Positions 1 through 8,297 of a DNA stretch of 45,032 bases are shown piece by piece. This DNA comes from an uncultured Erysipelotrichaceae bacterium. Lineage in GTDB: Bacteria > Bacillota_I > Bacilli_A > Erysipelotrichales > Erysipelotrichaceae. The stretch spans positions 1-45,032 of the forward strand of contig CADCPY010000073.1 in NCBI GenBank assembly GCA_902803495.1. The letters run 5' to 3'. Both the position numbers and the translations under genes were made by a program. The notes under the pieces are model-generated. The model was not told the DNA's origin. It did not search any database and saw nothing but the letters and a program-made list of their open reading frames with translations. Positions within the stretch are counted from its first letter, which is position 1. Every line of letters begins with the position of its first letter.

Positions 1-836
1 ACATCGATGCTCTTTTCCGCCGTACCGTAGGGATAGATTCCGTCCTTAATGCTTTCACAATATGACTTGATGGTCGCAATCGGTGTCTTTAAGTCATGGG
101 AGATGTTCTGCACCAGCTCTTCCTTGATTCGCTGCTGCCGCTGCAGTTCCTCATTCATCTCTACGAGCGACGTCGCCAGCGTACCGATCTCATCCTTCCG
201 GTCGATCTCCAGCTCGGCATCCTCTCCCTTTTTCACCTTTTCGGTATAGGCAGTCAATTGTCCCAGCGAATTAATCAGATAGGCGACCCAGCTGGACATC
301 AATAGGAAGATCATACCCGTGGCAATGATCATGATGTAGATGACCTGGTTCATTAAGGCATTCTGGAATTCCTCCCGGTAAAGGTTGGAGATCACGGAGA
401 TCAATAGAGAATCCTCACTGATCTTGGTGATGGTATAGAGATATTCCGTATCGTCCGCATGGAAAACGTAATTGCGAGTCTGCTCCGGCTGCATCATGGC
501 ATTGGCCATGATGCGGTTCAGCAGTTCCTCGTTGTTGTCCGAAAAGCGCTCATCGGTGATCAGCCGGCTGACCTTGCGGTCATAGATGGCATGCTCAATC
601 ATATTGTCTCTGGCCAGGTTCAGAATCGACGGTTCCGTCCCCAGCTCGTAGTTGTAGATCATCATGTTCTGCGTGCTGCTGATTCGCTCAAACATCTGGT
701 TCTGAACGAAGATGTCGACACTGTTGTCCAGATAGAATAATAAAAACGCAGCGAAAAGGCCGATGGAGACCAAGATGATCGTCACCAGCTGCTGCGTCAG
801 TGTCAGTTCTTTTACAAAGTTTTTAAAGCGTTTCAT
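1..836 (-). CDS. sensor histidine kinase, N-terminal ~278 codons (the catalytic C-terminus lies beyond the window edge)
   Basis: Absent from the ORF track because it is open at the window edge. My reverse-strand translation from ATG 836-834 reads MKRFKNFVKELTLTQQLVTIILVSIGLFAAF (TM1). It continues with a second hydrophobic segment VIYIMIIATGMIFLL, a HAMP-like linker and the H-box ELVQNISHDLKTPIATIKSYCESI near nt 60-130. The start overlaps the regulator stop (ATGA). Confidence 0.85.
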   Translation of the reverse strand, partial: MKRFKNFVKELTLTQQLVTIILVSIGLFAAFLLFYLDNSVDIFVQNQMFERISSTQNMMIYNYELGTEPSILNLARDNMIEHAIYDRKVSRLITDERFSDNNEELLNRIMANAMMQPEQTRNYVFHADDTEYLYTITKISEDSLLISVISNLYREEFQNALMNQVIYIMIIATGMIFLLMSSWVAYLINSLGQLTAYTEKVKKGEDAELEIDRKDEIGTLATSLVEMNEELQRQQRIKEELVQNISHDLKTPIATIKSYCESIKDGIYPYGTAEKSID

Positions 837-1492
837 CCTAAGCGGTACCCGAATCCGTAAATGGTATGGATGCTTAAATCCGGCAGTTTCTTCCGTAAGC
901 GGCGCAATGTGTCATCGACCACCCGATCGCTGCCGAAATAGTTTTCTTCCCAGACTTTCTCCAGGATCTGCTCTCTGGAGAACGCGGAGCCTCTGCTCTT
1001 CACAAAGAAGATCAGCAAATCGAATTCCTTGGTCGTTAGCGGAACGATCTGTCCGTTGCTGTAAACGACTCTCTGCTGCTCATCAATCGTATAGCCGTCC
1101 ACATTCAGCATGATCTCCTCATCCTTGTAGACGCGCTTGATGATGTTGTTGACCCGTAAGACCAGCTCCTTCGGGGAGAACGGCTTGGTGATGTAGTCTT
1201 CCGAACCCTTTTCCAGTCCGATGATACGGTCAAACTCCTTGTCTCTGGCGCTCATGAAAATGACCGGCATGTCTTTCGTGCGGATCTTGATCTCATCCAT
1301 GAGGTCAAAGCCGCTCTTGTCATCCAGCATGATATCCAGAATCCATAAATGCACATCGTCATCTTCCACGTGGGCATAGGCGTCATCATAGGTCAGGTAT
1401 GAACGTACTTCGTACCCTTCCTTTTCCAGATAGCGCTTGACGAGTTCATTTAAGTCCTTTTCATCTTCGACGATGCAAATCACCTTTTTCAT
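833..1492 (-). CDS. OmpR-family response regulator (receiver plus winged-helix DNA-binding domain)
   Basis: MKKVICIVEDEKDLNELV...DIMLDDKSGFDL...MSARD is a receiver domain, and the C-terminal ...TIYGFGYRLG is an OmpR/PhoB-type tail. I place the start at the internal ATG 1492 (GGAGGG 6 nt upstream), not the track start 1567, because 1504-1536 is a terminator hairpin. Confidence 0.9.
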   Translation of the reverse strand: MKKVICIVEDEKDLNELVKRYLEKEGYEVRSYLTYDDAYAHVEDDDVHLWILDIMLDDKSGFDLMDEIKIRTKDMPVIFMSARDKEFDRIIGLEKGSEDYITKPFSPKELVLRVNNIIKRVYKDEEIMLNVDGYTIDEQQRVVYSNGQIVPLTTKEFDLLIFFVKSRGSAFSREQILEKVWEENYFGSDRVVDDTLRRLRKKLPDLSIHTIYGFGYRLG

Positions 1493-1503
1493 GATCACCC
1501 TCC

Positions 1504-1536
1504 ATAAAACATAAAAGGGGCTTTTCGGCCCCTTTT
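1504..1536 (-). terminator. intrinsic terminator downstream of cdaR
   Basis: The minus strand reads AAAAGGGGC-CGAAAA-GCCCCTTTT followed by ATGTTTT, giving a 9-bp stem with a GC core and a U tract. Confidence 0.7.
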
Positions 1537-1620
1537 CCTGTATTGTTACATTATTTTCCTCTGCCATAACGGCATGTCTGCGTACGGTTTGAGCCTGCTG
1601 TTAATATCATTCAATTACTG

Positions 1621-3000
1621 CTATTCAATGATTTCAAGAACAATGGTCGGTTTTTCCAGCTCATATGTCAAAAGCGGGTTGTTGCCGGTGACGGACAGTG
1701 TGACTTCCTGAACACCAGGCGTGATATTGGCCATGTTGAAGGAAACTTCCAGGTCATTGGCGCTGATGGCATTGACGTTGTCTCTGGTACCGTAGACGAT
1801 GACGGAAGCGGTTGCTGTTTCCCCTTCCGGAACATTGGCCCGGTAGCCGTTGGTGTTGTTCTTGTACTGAATCGGTACGTTTTCGATGACCCGGGAGACT
1901 CTCTCACCCAGGCTGACGCTCATGACGACACGCTGAATGCTCATCTTGTTGATTCCGCTCGGCGCCATGATCGGTGATGTATAACTGGCGTTTTCCGTTA
2001 ATGTGGAAGCATCGATTTCCACCGTAATGGCATCGATCGTACTTAATGCCGTCAATGGTCCGTACAGTGTTACCGTGGAGTGATCCAGGTTGATCGTATC
2101 GATGGCCATGTTGTTCGGAACTTCTCCGACCGGCTTGACGACGACTTCCACTGTCTTGTTCGGGGAACTGACCGGCACTTCCACGTTGACTACGGACGGA
2201 ATCAGGGAAACATTGACCCGGTTTCCGTTGGAGTCATAGGCTGCCAGTGAGGCTTCCGTGGAGAAATTCTCCGTCCGGCCGGAAACATCGATCAGTGCCT
2301 TGACGAAGGCAATCTGATTTAACGTGTCTTCCGAAGCACGGACATTGACGACCGAAGTGCTCAGTGTCGGTGTGCCTAAGACGTAAATTTCATCCAGCTG
2401 ATTTAAATTGACATAGTCGTAACTCAGTGAGAACGAACGCGTGATCTTCTTCCGGATCGTTACTACCGCCCGGCTCGGTGTGACTGCCACACTCAGCTTG
2501 CTGGAGAAGTCCGTGGCGATCAGGTCGACCTCATGGGTACCTTCCCCAAGACCCGTTAAGTCCGCTACCACTTTATAGGTATTGGAATTCCGCAGCATGG
2601 AGATATCGCTGACATCCCCGATGATACTGGCGGATACCGTGGAAGGCAGGCCGCTGACTTCGTAGACGGAATCGTCCACGCTGACTGTCAGCGGAATATT
2701 TTCCAGCACGTAGCCGGACTGGGTGACGCCGATATCGTATTCACCGATATTGACGAGGAAATACAACAGCACTGCCAGAAGGAACGCAATCAGCTTGCTG
2801 TACTTCTGGTTAAAGAGGATCTTGTCGATCCCGTTGGAGAACCAATGGATAATACGGAGCAGGGAGCTCTCAATGCTCTCATAAGTATGCTGGATCCGGT
2901 TTCCGGAGTTGGCAATCCGCGCCGCAAGCTCTAACTTGTCTTCCGCGCCGATCTGCTTTTCTTCTTTCACTTTTTTCCGACGGTTACTCATGCGTTTCAC
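1621..3000 (-). CDS. cdaR: CdaR / YbbR-domain regulator of diadenylate cyclase
   Basis: The 459-aa ORF has an N-terminal TM segment followed by repeated beta-rich YbbR-like modules. It overlaps the cdaA stop by 17 nt, the canonical cdaA-cdaR arrangement. Confidence 0.8.
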   Translation of the reverse strand: MKRMSNRRKKVKEEKQIGAEDKLELAARIANSGNRIQHTYESIESSLLRIIHWFSNGIDKILFNQKYSKLIAFLLAVLLYFLVNIGEYDIGVTQSGYVLENIPLTVSVDDSVYEVSGLPSTVSASIIGDVSDISMLRNSNTYKVVADLTGLGEGTHEVDLIATDFSSKLSVAVTPSRAVVTIRKKITRSFSLSYDYVNLNQLDEIYVLGTPTLSTSVVNVRASEDTLNQIAFVKALIDVSGRTENFSTEASLAAYDSNGNRVNVSLIPSVVNVEVPVSSPNKTVEVVVKPVGEVPNNMAIDTINLDHSTVTLYGPLTALSTIDAITVEIDASTLTENASYTSPIMAPSGINKMSIQRVVMSVSLGERVSRVIENVPIQYKNNTNGYRANVPEGETATASVIVYGTRDNVNAISANDLEVSFNMANITPGVQEVTLSVTGNNPLLTYELEKPTIVLEIIE

Positions 3001-4021
3001 CTCCCTTTTCTTCCGGGGCTTCTTCAGCCGGTTTCTTCTCTTCTTTTACCGGAGGTTTACTCTTGGTTTTCTTCTTACGGAAGATGGAAAGGACACCGCT
3101 GTCATCCAGTGGCGCTTCTGCCGGGTTGTCCTTGTCTTCCAGACGGCTGGCGTCTTCCGCCCGCTTCTGGATCAGTTCACGGTAGATTTTCTCTTCTTCT
3201 TCCTTATTAATGTCTTTCTTGATCAGACCGCGGTCGCCGTGTTCCACATCCTCATGACAGATCATCTTTAACAGGAACTGCCGTAAGGAGTTTTCCGTCA
3301 TCTTGGTCAGCTCGCCGTTCTGGGCGATGGAAACGTTACCTGTTTCCTCCGAAACAACGATGGTGATGGCATCCGTGATCTCACTGATACCGACAGCGGC
3401 TCTGTGTCTGGCACCGAACCGGCGCGGCAGACTCCGCTCCGTCGGTAAGAAATACGCCGAAGCACAGGCGATCCTGTCACCCTGAATGATGACAGCGCCG
3501 TCATGGATCGGTGTGGTGGTAATAAAGATACTCTGTAACAGGTCGCTCGTTACGATGGAGTTCATCGGCGTACCTGTCTTGATGTAGTCACTTAAGGACT
3601 GGGACTGCTCGATCGTGATCAAAGCGCCGACACGCTGTTCGGCCATCGTCATGCTGGCATCCACCAGTTCGTCGACCAGTTTCTCCCTTTCGTTGCCGTC
3701 CAGGGAAGAAATGCGGCTGAAGACACTGGATTTCCCCAGTTTTTCCAATAGAGACCGGATCTCCGGCTGGAAGATGATGATGATCGCGAGGAATCCCCAC
3801 TGTACCACTGTATCAAGAATCGCGCTGGCAGCCTTCAAACCGAAGAAGGTAACCACGGCGCGGACGATAATAATCAGAATAACGCCCTTGAAAATCTGAA
3901 TTGCACGGGAGTTGTTCCGGACCAGTTTCAGTCCGTAATAAACCAGCAAGGCAATAATCGTTATATCAATCACCATACGGGCAATGGAAATAATATTCTG
4001 TAAGGTTGTATAACTTAACAT
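2984..4021 (-). CDS. cdaA: diadenylate cyclase CdaA (membrane-anchored DAC domain) with a long charged C-terminal tail
   Basis: Three N-terminal TM segments are followed by DAC-domain motifs: PIHDGAVII, the GARHRAA variant (RRFGARHRAAVGISE) and VVSEETGNVS. The 345-aa length compares with about 270 aa in Bacillus, Listeria and Staphylococcus homologues. Confidence 0.9.
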   Translation of the reverse strand: MLSYTTLQNIISIARMVIDITIIALLVYYGLKLVRNNSRAIQIFKGVILIIIVRAVVTFFGLKAASAILDTVVQWGFLAIIIIFQPEIRSLLEKLGKSSVFSRISSLDGNEREKLVDELVDASMTMAEQRVGALITIEQSQSLSDYIKTGTPMNSIVTSDLLQSIFITTTPIHDGAVIIQGDRIACASAYFLPTERSLPRRFGARHRAAVGISEITDAITIVVSEETGNVSIAQNGELTKMTENSLRQFLLKMICHEDVEHGDRGLIKKDINKEEEEKIYRELIQKRAEDASRLEDKDNPAEAPLDDSGVLSIFRKKKTKSKPPVKEEKKPAEEAPEEKGGETHE

Positions 4022-4043
4022 TGCGTTTCCTCCCTAGACAATT

Positions 4044-4063
4044 ATTATATCACAACGTGATAT
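4044..4063 (-). promoter_or_regulatory. candidate cdaA promoter -10 (TGATATAAT, extended -10) overlapped by a perfect palindrome
   Basis: The minus strand reads GTTGTGATATAATAATTG about 25 nt upstream of the GGGAGG SD. The plus strand at 4047-4063 reads ATATCAC-AAC-GTGATAT. Confidence 0.45.
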
Positions 4064-4124
4064 TTAGTAAAAATAAAACTAACCCTCACCAATTATGATA
4101 GAATATTTACTAAGGTGAAACAAG

Positions 4125-5285
4125 ATGAATGAAGACCATATTACAAGACTGAATATCGACGGTAAGGAAATCATTCTTCTGGAGACCGCACATGTCTCTG
4201 CGGAAAGCGCGGAGGAAGTCCGGCAGTTAGTGGAAGAGGAAGCACCGAACAGCATCTGTATCGAACTGGACGAAGCCCGTTACCAGTCCATGAACAACCC
4301 GAAGAAATGGGAAGATACCGACATCGTCGAAATCATAAAGAAAAAACAGGCGTTTCTGCTTTTGGCCAATTTGATTCTGGCCGCCTATCAGAAACGGATG
4401 GCCCAGAAGATGGGCAGTGAAGTCGGCAAGGAAATGAGCACGGCCATCGCCCTTGCCAAGGAAAAGGATATCAAGCTCGTTCTGGCAGACCGTTCCGTCC
4501 AGACGACCTTCAAGCGCATCTGGGCCAAGCATTCCCTCAAGGAAAAGGCCAAGATCATTGCCGCGCTGTTATCCACGGATGAAGCGGAAGACAGCCTGGA
4601 AGCGGAAGATATCGAAAAGCTCAAAAGCGGGGATATGCTGGATGAAGCCTTAAAGGAGATCAGCAAGGAATTCCCGATCGTCTACGAAGTGCTGGTGGAG
4701 GAGCGCAACAAGATCCTCGCCTACAATATCCGCAATGCGCCGGGTCCGAAAGTGGTTGCCGTATTAGGCGCCGCCCACGTGCCGGGCATTAAGGAAGAGA
4801 TCACAAAAGTGCAGGATGTTTCCGCCCTCAGCAAGGTTCCGGAAAAATCCGCCAAAGACAAGTGGAAGAAATGGATCCTGCCGGCAGTACTGCTGTTGAT
4901 CCTCATCTTCTCCTTTGTGAAGAATCTCTCCACGGGACTGGCGCAGATCAAAAGCTGGTTCCTACTGAAAGGCATCTGTGCCGCCATCGGCTCCGCACTC
5001 TGCCTCGCCCACCCGCTTTCCATCATTGCCGCTTTCCTGACAGCTCCGTTTACGGCCTTCAGCCCATTACTTGCTGCCGGCTTCTTTGCCGGAATCACGG
5101 AAGCGCAGATCCGCAAGCCGAAAGTCAGCGATTTCAACAGTGTCTATGAGGATGTCTCCTCCCTGAAGGGTGTTCTGAAGAACCGGGTCACCAAGATTCT
5201 CTTGATCGTCATCGTGACAAACCTGTTCTCCTCCATTGGAACTCTCCTTGGCGGAATTGATATCATTAAGCGTCTATTTTCGTAA
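4125..5285 (+). CDS. TraB/GumN-family protein with C-terminal TM segments
   Basis: The N-terminus IILLETAHVSAESAEEVRQLVEEEAPNSICIELDEARY and the later LGAAHVPGI match the TraB family pattern. The hydrophobic C-terminal third is also typical. Confidence 0.75.
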   Translation: MNEDHITRLNIDGKEIILLETAHVSAESAEEVRQLVEEEAPNSICIELDEARYQSMNNPKKWEDTDIVEIIKKKQAFLLLANLILAAYQKRMAQKMGSEVGKEMSTAIALAKEKDIKLVLADRSVQTTFKRIWAKHSLKEKAKIIAALLSTDEAEDSLEAEDIEKLKSGDMLDEALKEISKEFPIVYEVLVEERNKILAYNIRNAPGPKVVAVLGAAHVPGIKEEITKVQDVSALSKVPEKSAKDKWKKWILPAVLLLILIFSFVKNLSTGLAQIKSWFLLKGICAAIGSALCLAHPLSIIAAFLTAPFTAFSPLLAAGFFAGITEAQIRKPKVSDFNSVYEDVSSLKGVLKNRVTKILLIVIVTNLFSSIGTLLGGIDIIKRLFS

Positions 5286-5370
5286 TAAGTTGCACAAATC
5301 ACTTATAAAATACCGCATAAACCGTTTGGAAATGGTTTATAATTAGATTAGAAGACAGGAGATGCATAAT

Positions 5371-6513
5371 ATGACAGAAGTAAAACAAGATGAAGTTGTT
5401 CTCACACTCGATCCTTTCAAGGAAGAAGTGAAACAGGAAGTTGTTGCAGAAGTAAAAGAAGACAACAGCAAGAAAAAACTGCTGGATGAAGATGTTCTTA
5501 CCGAAGCGGAAAAGAAGATGGTAAATGAATTTACCAAACAGATCAACATTGAAGACACAAACGTCATTCTTCAGTACGGTGCCAGCGCTCAGCAGAAAAT
5601 GGCCGACTTCTCCGAAGCAGCCCTGCAGAACGTCAAGACCAAAGATCTGGACGAAATCAGCGGCATGCTGACAGACCTGATCGTCGAACTGAAGGGATTT
5701 GATACGGACGACAAGGAAAAAGGTTTATTCGCACTGTTCAAAAAACAGGGAAACAAGATCAAAGCCTTAAAAGCCAAATACGACGATGTCAATGACAACA
5801 TCACCAAGATTGTCAACCAGCTCGAAGCCCATGAGATTACATTATACAAAGACATCGCTACATTAGATGAAATGTATAACAGAAACCTCGTCAACTTCAA
5901 GGAACTCACAATGTATATCATCGCCGGTGAAAAGAAACTGCAGGAAGCAAGAGAAACCACTCTGCAGCAGCTCATCGACCATGCACAGGAAACAGGCCTT
6001 GCCGAAGATTCCCAGAAAGCCAATGACTATGCGGAATTATGCACCCGTTTCGAAAAGAAACTGTACGACCTCAAGTTAACCAGAGAGATCAGCATTCAGA
6101 TGGGGCCGCAGATCCGTCTGGTCCAGGGCAGCGACACACTGATGGTGGAAAAGATTCAGTCCACAATTCAGAATACCATCCCGCTTTGGAAGAACCAGAT
6201 GGTTATCGCCTTAGGCCTCAACCACTCCATGGAAGCCATGAAAGTTCAGAAGGAAGTTTCCAACATGACCAATGAACTTCTCAAGAGCAATGCCGACAAG
6301 TTAAGAGTTGCCACAACGGAAACTGCGAAGGAATCCGAACGCGGTATCGTCGATATCGAGACACTGCAGCACACCAACACTCAGCTGATCGGAACACTGG
6401 ACGATGTCATGAAGATCCAGAGAGAAGGACGCGAAAAACGTCAGGCCGCCGAAGCCGAACTTCTCAAGATCGAAAACGAACTCAAGCAGAAACTGCTCGA
6501 GATCAGCCGCTAA
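5371..6513 (+). CDS. TelA/YaaN-like toxic anion resistance family protein
   Basis: A coiled-coil-rich ~380-aa protein with ILQYGASAQQKMADFSE...LTDLIVELKGFD, typical of the TelA family. AGGAG lies 9 nt upstream of ATG 5371, so the track start 5362 is less likely. Confidence 0.7.
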   Translation: MTEVKQDEVVLTLDPFKEEVKQEVVAEVKEDNSKKKLLDEDVLTEAEKKMVNEFTKQINIEDTNVILQYGASAQQKMADFSEAALQNVKTKDLDEISGMLTDLIVELKGFDTDDKEKGLFALFKKQGNKIKALKAKYDDVNDNITKIVNQLEAHEITLYKDIATLDEMYNRNLVNFKELTMYIIAGEKKLQEARETTLQQLIDHAQETGLAEDSQKANDYAELCTRFEKKLYDLKLTREISIQMGPQIRLVQGSDTLMVEKIQSTIQNTIPLWKNQMVIALGLNHSMEAMKVQKEVSNMTNELLKSNADKLRVATTETAKESERGIVDIETLQHTNTQLIGTLDDVMKIQREGREKRQAAEAELLKIENELKQKLLEISR

Positions 6514-6522
6514 TCTTAATAC

Positions 6523-6552
6523 AAATGCCCGGAAATCCCGGGCATTTTTTTT
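6523..6552 (+). terminator. intrinsic terminator after the TelA-like gene
   Basis: AAATGCCCGG-AAATC-CCGGGCATTT followed by TTTTT. Confidence 0.8.
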
Positions 6553-6562
6553 ACGGGAAAAG

Positions 6563-6575
6563 TTGTGCTATAATA
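6563..6575 (+). promoter_or_regulatory. extended -10 promoter (TGCTATAAT) for tRNA-Leu
   Basis: TTGTGCTATAATA ends 9 nt before the mature tRNA 5' end. The same 13-mer precedes tRNA-Glu at 13303-13315. Confidence 0.6.
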
Positions 6576-6584
6576 CATGTGCAT

Positions 6585-6668
6585 GCGCGTGTGGTGGAAT
6601 TGGCAGACACGTATGATTTAGGCTCATATGGTACTCCCGTGCAGGTTCAAGTCCTGTCACGCGCACCA
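6585..6668 (+). tRNA. tRNA-Leu (anticodon TAG), class II with long variable arm, CCA encoded
   Basis: Hand fold: acceptor GCGCGTG/CACGCGC, anticodon stem TATGA/TCATA, loop TTTAGGC and T-loop TTCAAGT. Confidence 0.85.
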
Positions 6669-6678
6669 GAAAGAAAAT

Positions 6679-6709
6679 AAGGCATTCACGGAATGCCTTT
6701 CATTATTTG
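6679..6709 (+). terminator. intrinsic terminator after tRNA-Leu
   Basis: AAGGCATTC-ACG-GAATGCCTT followed by TCATTATTTG. Confidence 0.65.
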
Positions 6710-7243
6710 CATATGCTCAAGGAATTTTTCGGACATCTTCACACCGTGAATACCCACCGTCGTGTCGTAAGGCACTACTGTTTTAAGCTGGGCTTATACT
6801 GGCAGGGCATCACCCACGACCTCTCCAAGTACTCCTTTGAAGAGTTCTGGCACGGCGTGAAATACTACCAGGGCTTCCGCTCCCCGCACGAGAAGGAGCG
6901 GGAGGCGCTCGGTTACTCCACGGCCTGGATGCACCACAAAGGGAGAAACAAGCACCATCTGGAATACTGGTACGACATCAATCCGAAAGTCAGCGAGTAC
7001 GAACCGGTGGAGATTCCCTACAAGTACCTGAAAGAGATGTTCTGCGACCGCATTGCGGCCAGCAAGATCTATCAGGGAAAGAATTACACCGATGCTTCCG
7101 CATGGGAATACTACACCCGCAAGAAATCCCGCAGCAAGTTCCATCCGCATACGGCGGACGTATTGGAAAGCTGGCTTAAAATGCTGGCGGAAGAAGGAGA
7201 AGAAAAAACCTTCGCCTACATCAAAAAGAACTATCCGAAATAA
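6707..7243 (+). CDS. hypothetical His-rich protein (resembles the DUF5662 family often mis-annotated as catalase; family assignment from memory)
   Basis: A 178-aa ORF with THDLSKYS, WMHHKGRNKHHLEYW and CDRIAASKIY. I found no SD sequence. The start could be 6707 or 6713. Confidence 0.5.
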   Translation: MHMLKEFFGHLHTVNTHRRVVRHYCFKLGLYWQGITHDLSKYSFEEFWHGVKYYQGFRSPHEKEREALGYSTAWMHHKGRNKHHLEYWYDINPKVSEYEPVEIPYKYLKEMFCDRIAASKIYQGKNYTDASAWEYYTRKKSRSKFHPHTADVLESWLKMLAEEGEEKTFAYIKKNYPK

Positions 7244-7270
7244 AAAGCCGTCCGAGGACGGTTTTCTTTG
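7244..7270. terminator. bidirectional terminator between convergent genes
   Basis: AAAAAGCCGTCC-GA-GGACGGTTTTCTTTG, with A and T runs on both sides. Confidence 0.7.
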
Positions 7271-7272
7271 TT

Positions 7273-8187
7273 TTAGTCTTTATCCCAGAGATTGTGCGGA
7301 TAGAGATTCTGTGCCTTGAGTTTGGCCAGCGCATCCACCAGATGGGCTTTATCTTCTCTATAGGTGATGCCGTACCACTGATCGGAGGATGTCAGGACCT
7401 TAACGTTGACGTCTCCGTTCTGAATCATTTCGCCGATGGCTGTCGGAATGACATGTTCGCACTTCAGCGGGTTCTCTTCCAGATTCTCTTCGAGGAATCT
7501 TTCAAAGATCGGCTTTAAGTAGTCCATGATCTTCGGTGTAAAGCCCCAGAAGTTCATGGAAACGAGTTTGTCCGGATCCAGCGGATACCAGTTGACATCG
7601 TCTTCGCTGTAGCACGGTACGCCGTCGATTCTCTTGATCTTATGACGTTCCACGATATCTTTCAGATATCCGTTTTCCACCTGGCAGTCGCCTCTGGTCA
7701 CAGAGCCGTAATCCGTCAGTGTGTTGTTCAGAATATAGGCAATCATGCAATATTCCTTGTCCGTGATTTCTTCCGTCAGATAACGGTACATCGTCTTATA
7801 TGCTTCTTTTCCGTAATAGTCGTCAGCATTGATGACCATGAACGGTGCATCCAGAATGTTGCGGCAGCTTAAGAGTGCGTGTGTGGTGCCCCAAGGTTTG
7901 ACGCGGTCCTGCGGAACTTTGAACTGGCGCGGAATGTCGCGCATGTCCTGATAGGCATATTCCACTTCAATAAACGGGGAGATCTTGTTTCCCAGTGCTT
8001 TCTGGAATGCTTCTTCATGTTCCCGGCGGATAATCAGAACCAGGCGCTTGAATCCTGCTTCAATTGCATCGTAGATGGAGAAGTCGATGATGCTTTCACC
8101 GTTGTCCCCAACGACATCAATCTGCTTCAGGCCTCCGTAACGGGAGCCCATGCCGGCGGCTAAAATAACTAAGATAGGTTCTTTCAT
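7273..8187 (-). CDS. sugar-phosphate nucleotidyltransferase family protein
   Basis: The N-terminal ILVILAAGMGSRYGGLKQ is the G-x-G-x-R nucleotidyltransferase signature. I prefer the start MKEP at 8187 (GGAAG 10 nt upstream). ATG 8196 and the track start 8217 are alternatives. Confidence 0.75.
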   Translation of the reverse strand: MKEPILVILAAGMGSRYGGLKQIDVVGDNGESIIDFSIYDAIEAGFKRLVLIIRREHEEAFQKALGNKISPFIEVEYAYQDMRDIPRQFKVPQDRVKPWGTTHALLSCRNILDAPFMVINADDYYGKEAYKTMYRYLTEEITDKEYCMIAYILNNTLTDYGSVTRGDCQVENGYLKDIVERHKIKRIDGVPCYSEDDVNWYPLDPDKLVSMNFWGFTPKIMDYLKPIFERFLEENLEENPLKCEHVIPTAIGEMIQNGDVNVKVLTSSDQWYGITYREDKAHLVDALAKLKAQNLYPHNLWDKD

Positions 8188-8222
8188 ATGTATCATACTT
8201 CCTTTTTCTTTTGCCAAATTTC

Positions 8223-8251
8223 ATTGTATCAAAATCGCGGTAATCTAACAA
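8223..8251 (-). promoter_or_regulatory. candidate sigma-A promoter TTGTTA-17-TACAAT with TG extension
   Basis: The minus strand reads TTGTTAGATTACCGCGATTTTGATACAAT, about 35 nt upstream of the nucleotidyltransferase start. Confidence 0.55.
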
Positions 8252-8254
8252 GAG

Positions 8255-8286
8255 CGCGAAAGAAAAGTCCTGATTTCTCAGGACTT
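8255..8286 (-). terminator. intrinsic terminator after tRNA-Thr
   Basis: The minus strand reads AAGTCCTGA-GAAA-TCAGGACTT followed by TTCTTTC. Confidence 0.7.
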
Positions 8287-8297
8287 CGTTGATTAAG

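Noticed and set aside
5306-5335. Hairpin ATAAACC-N10-GGTTTAT after the TraB-family gene, considered as a terminator
   Set aside because: The 7-bp stem is AT-rich with a 10-nt loop and no U tract, so it is not convincing.
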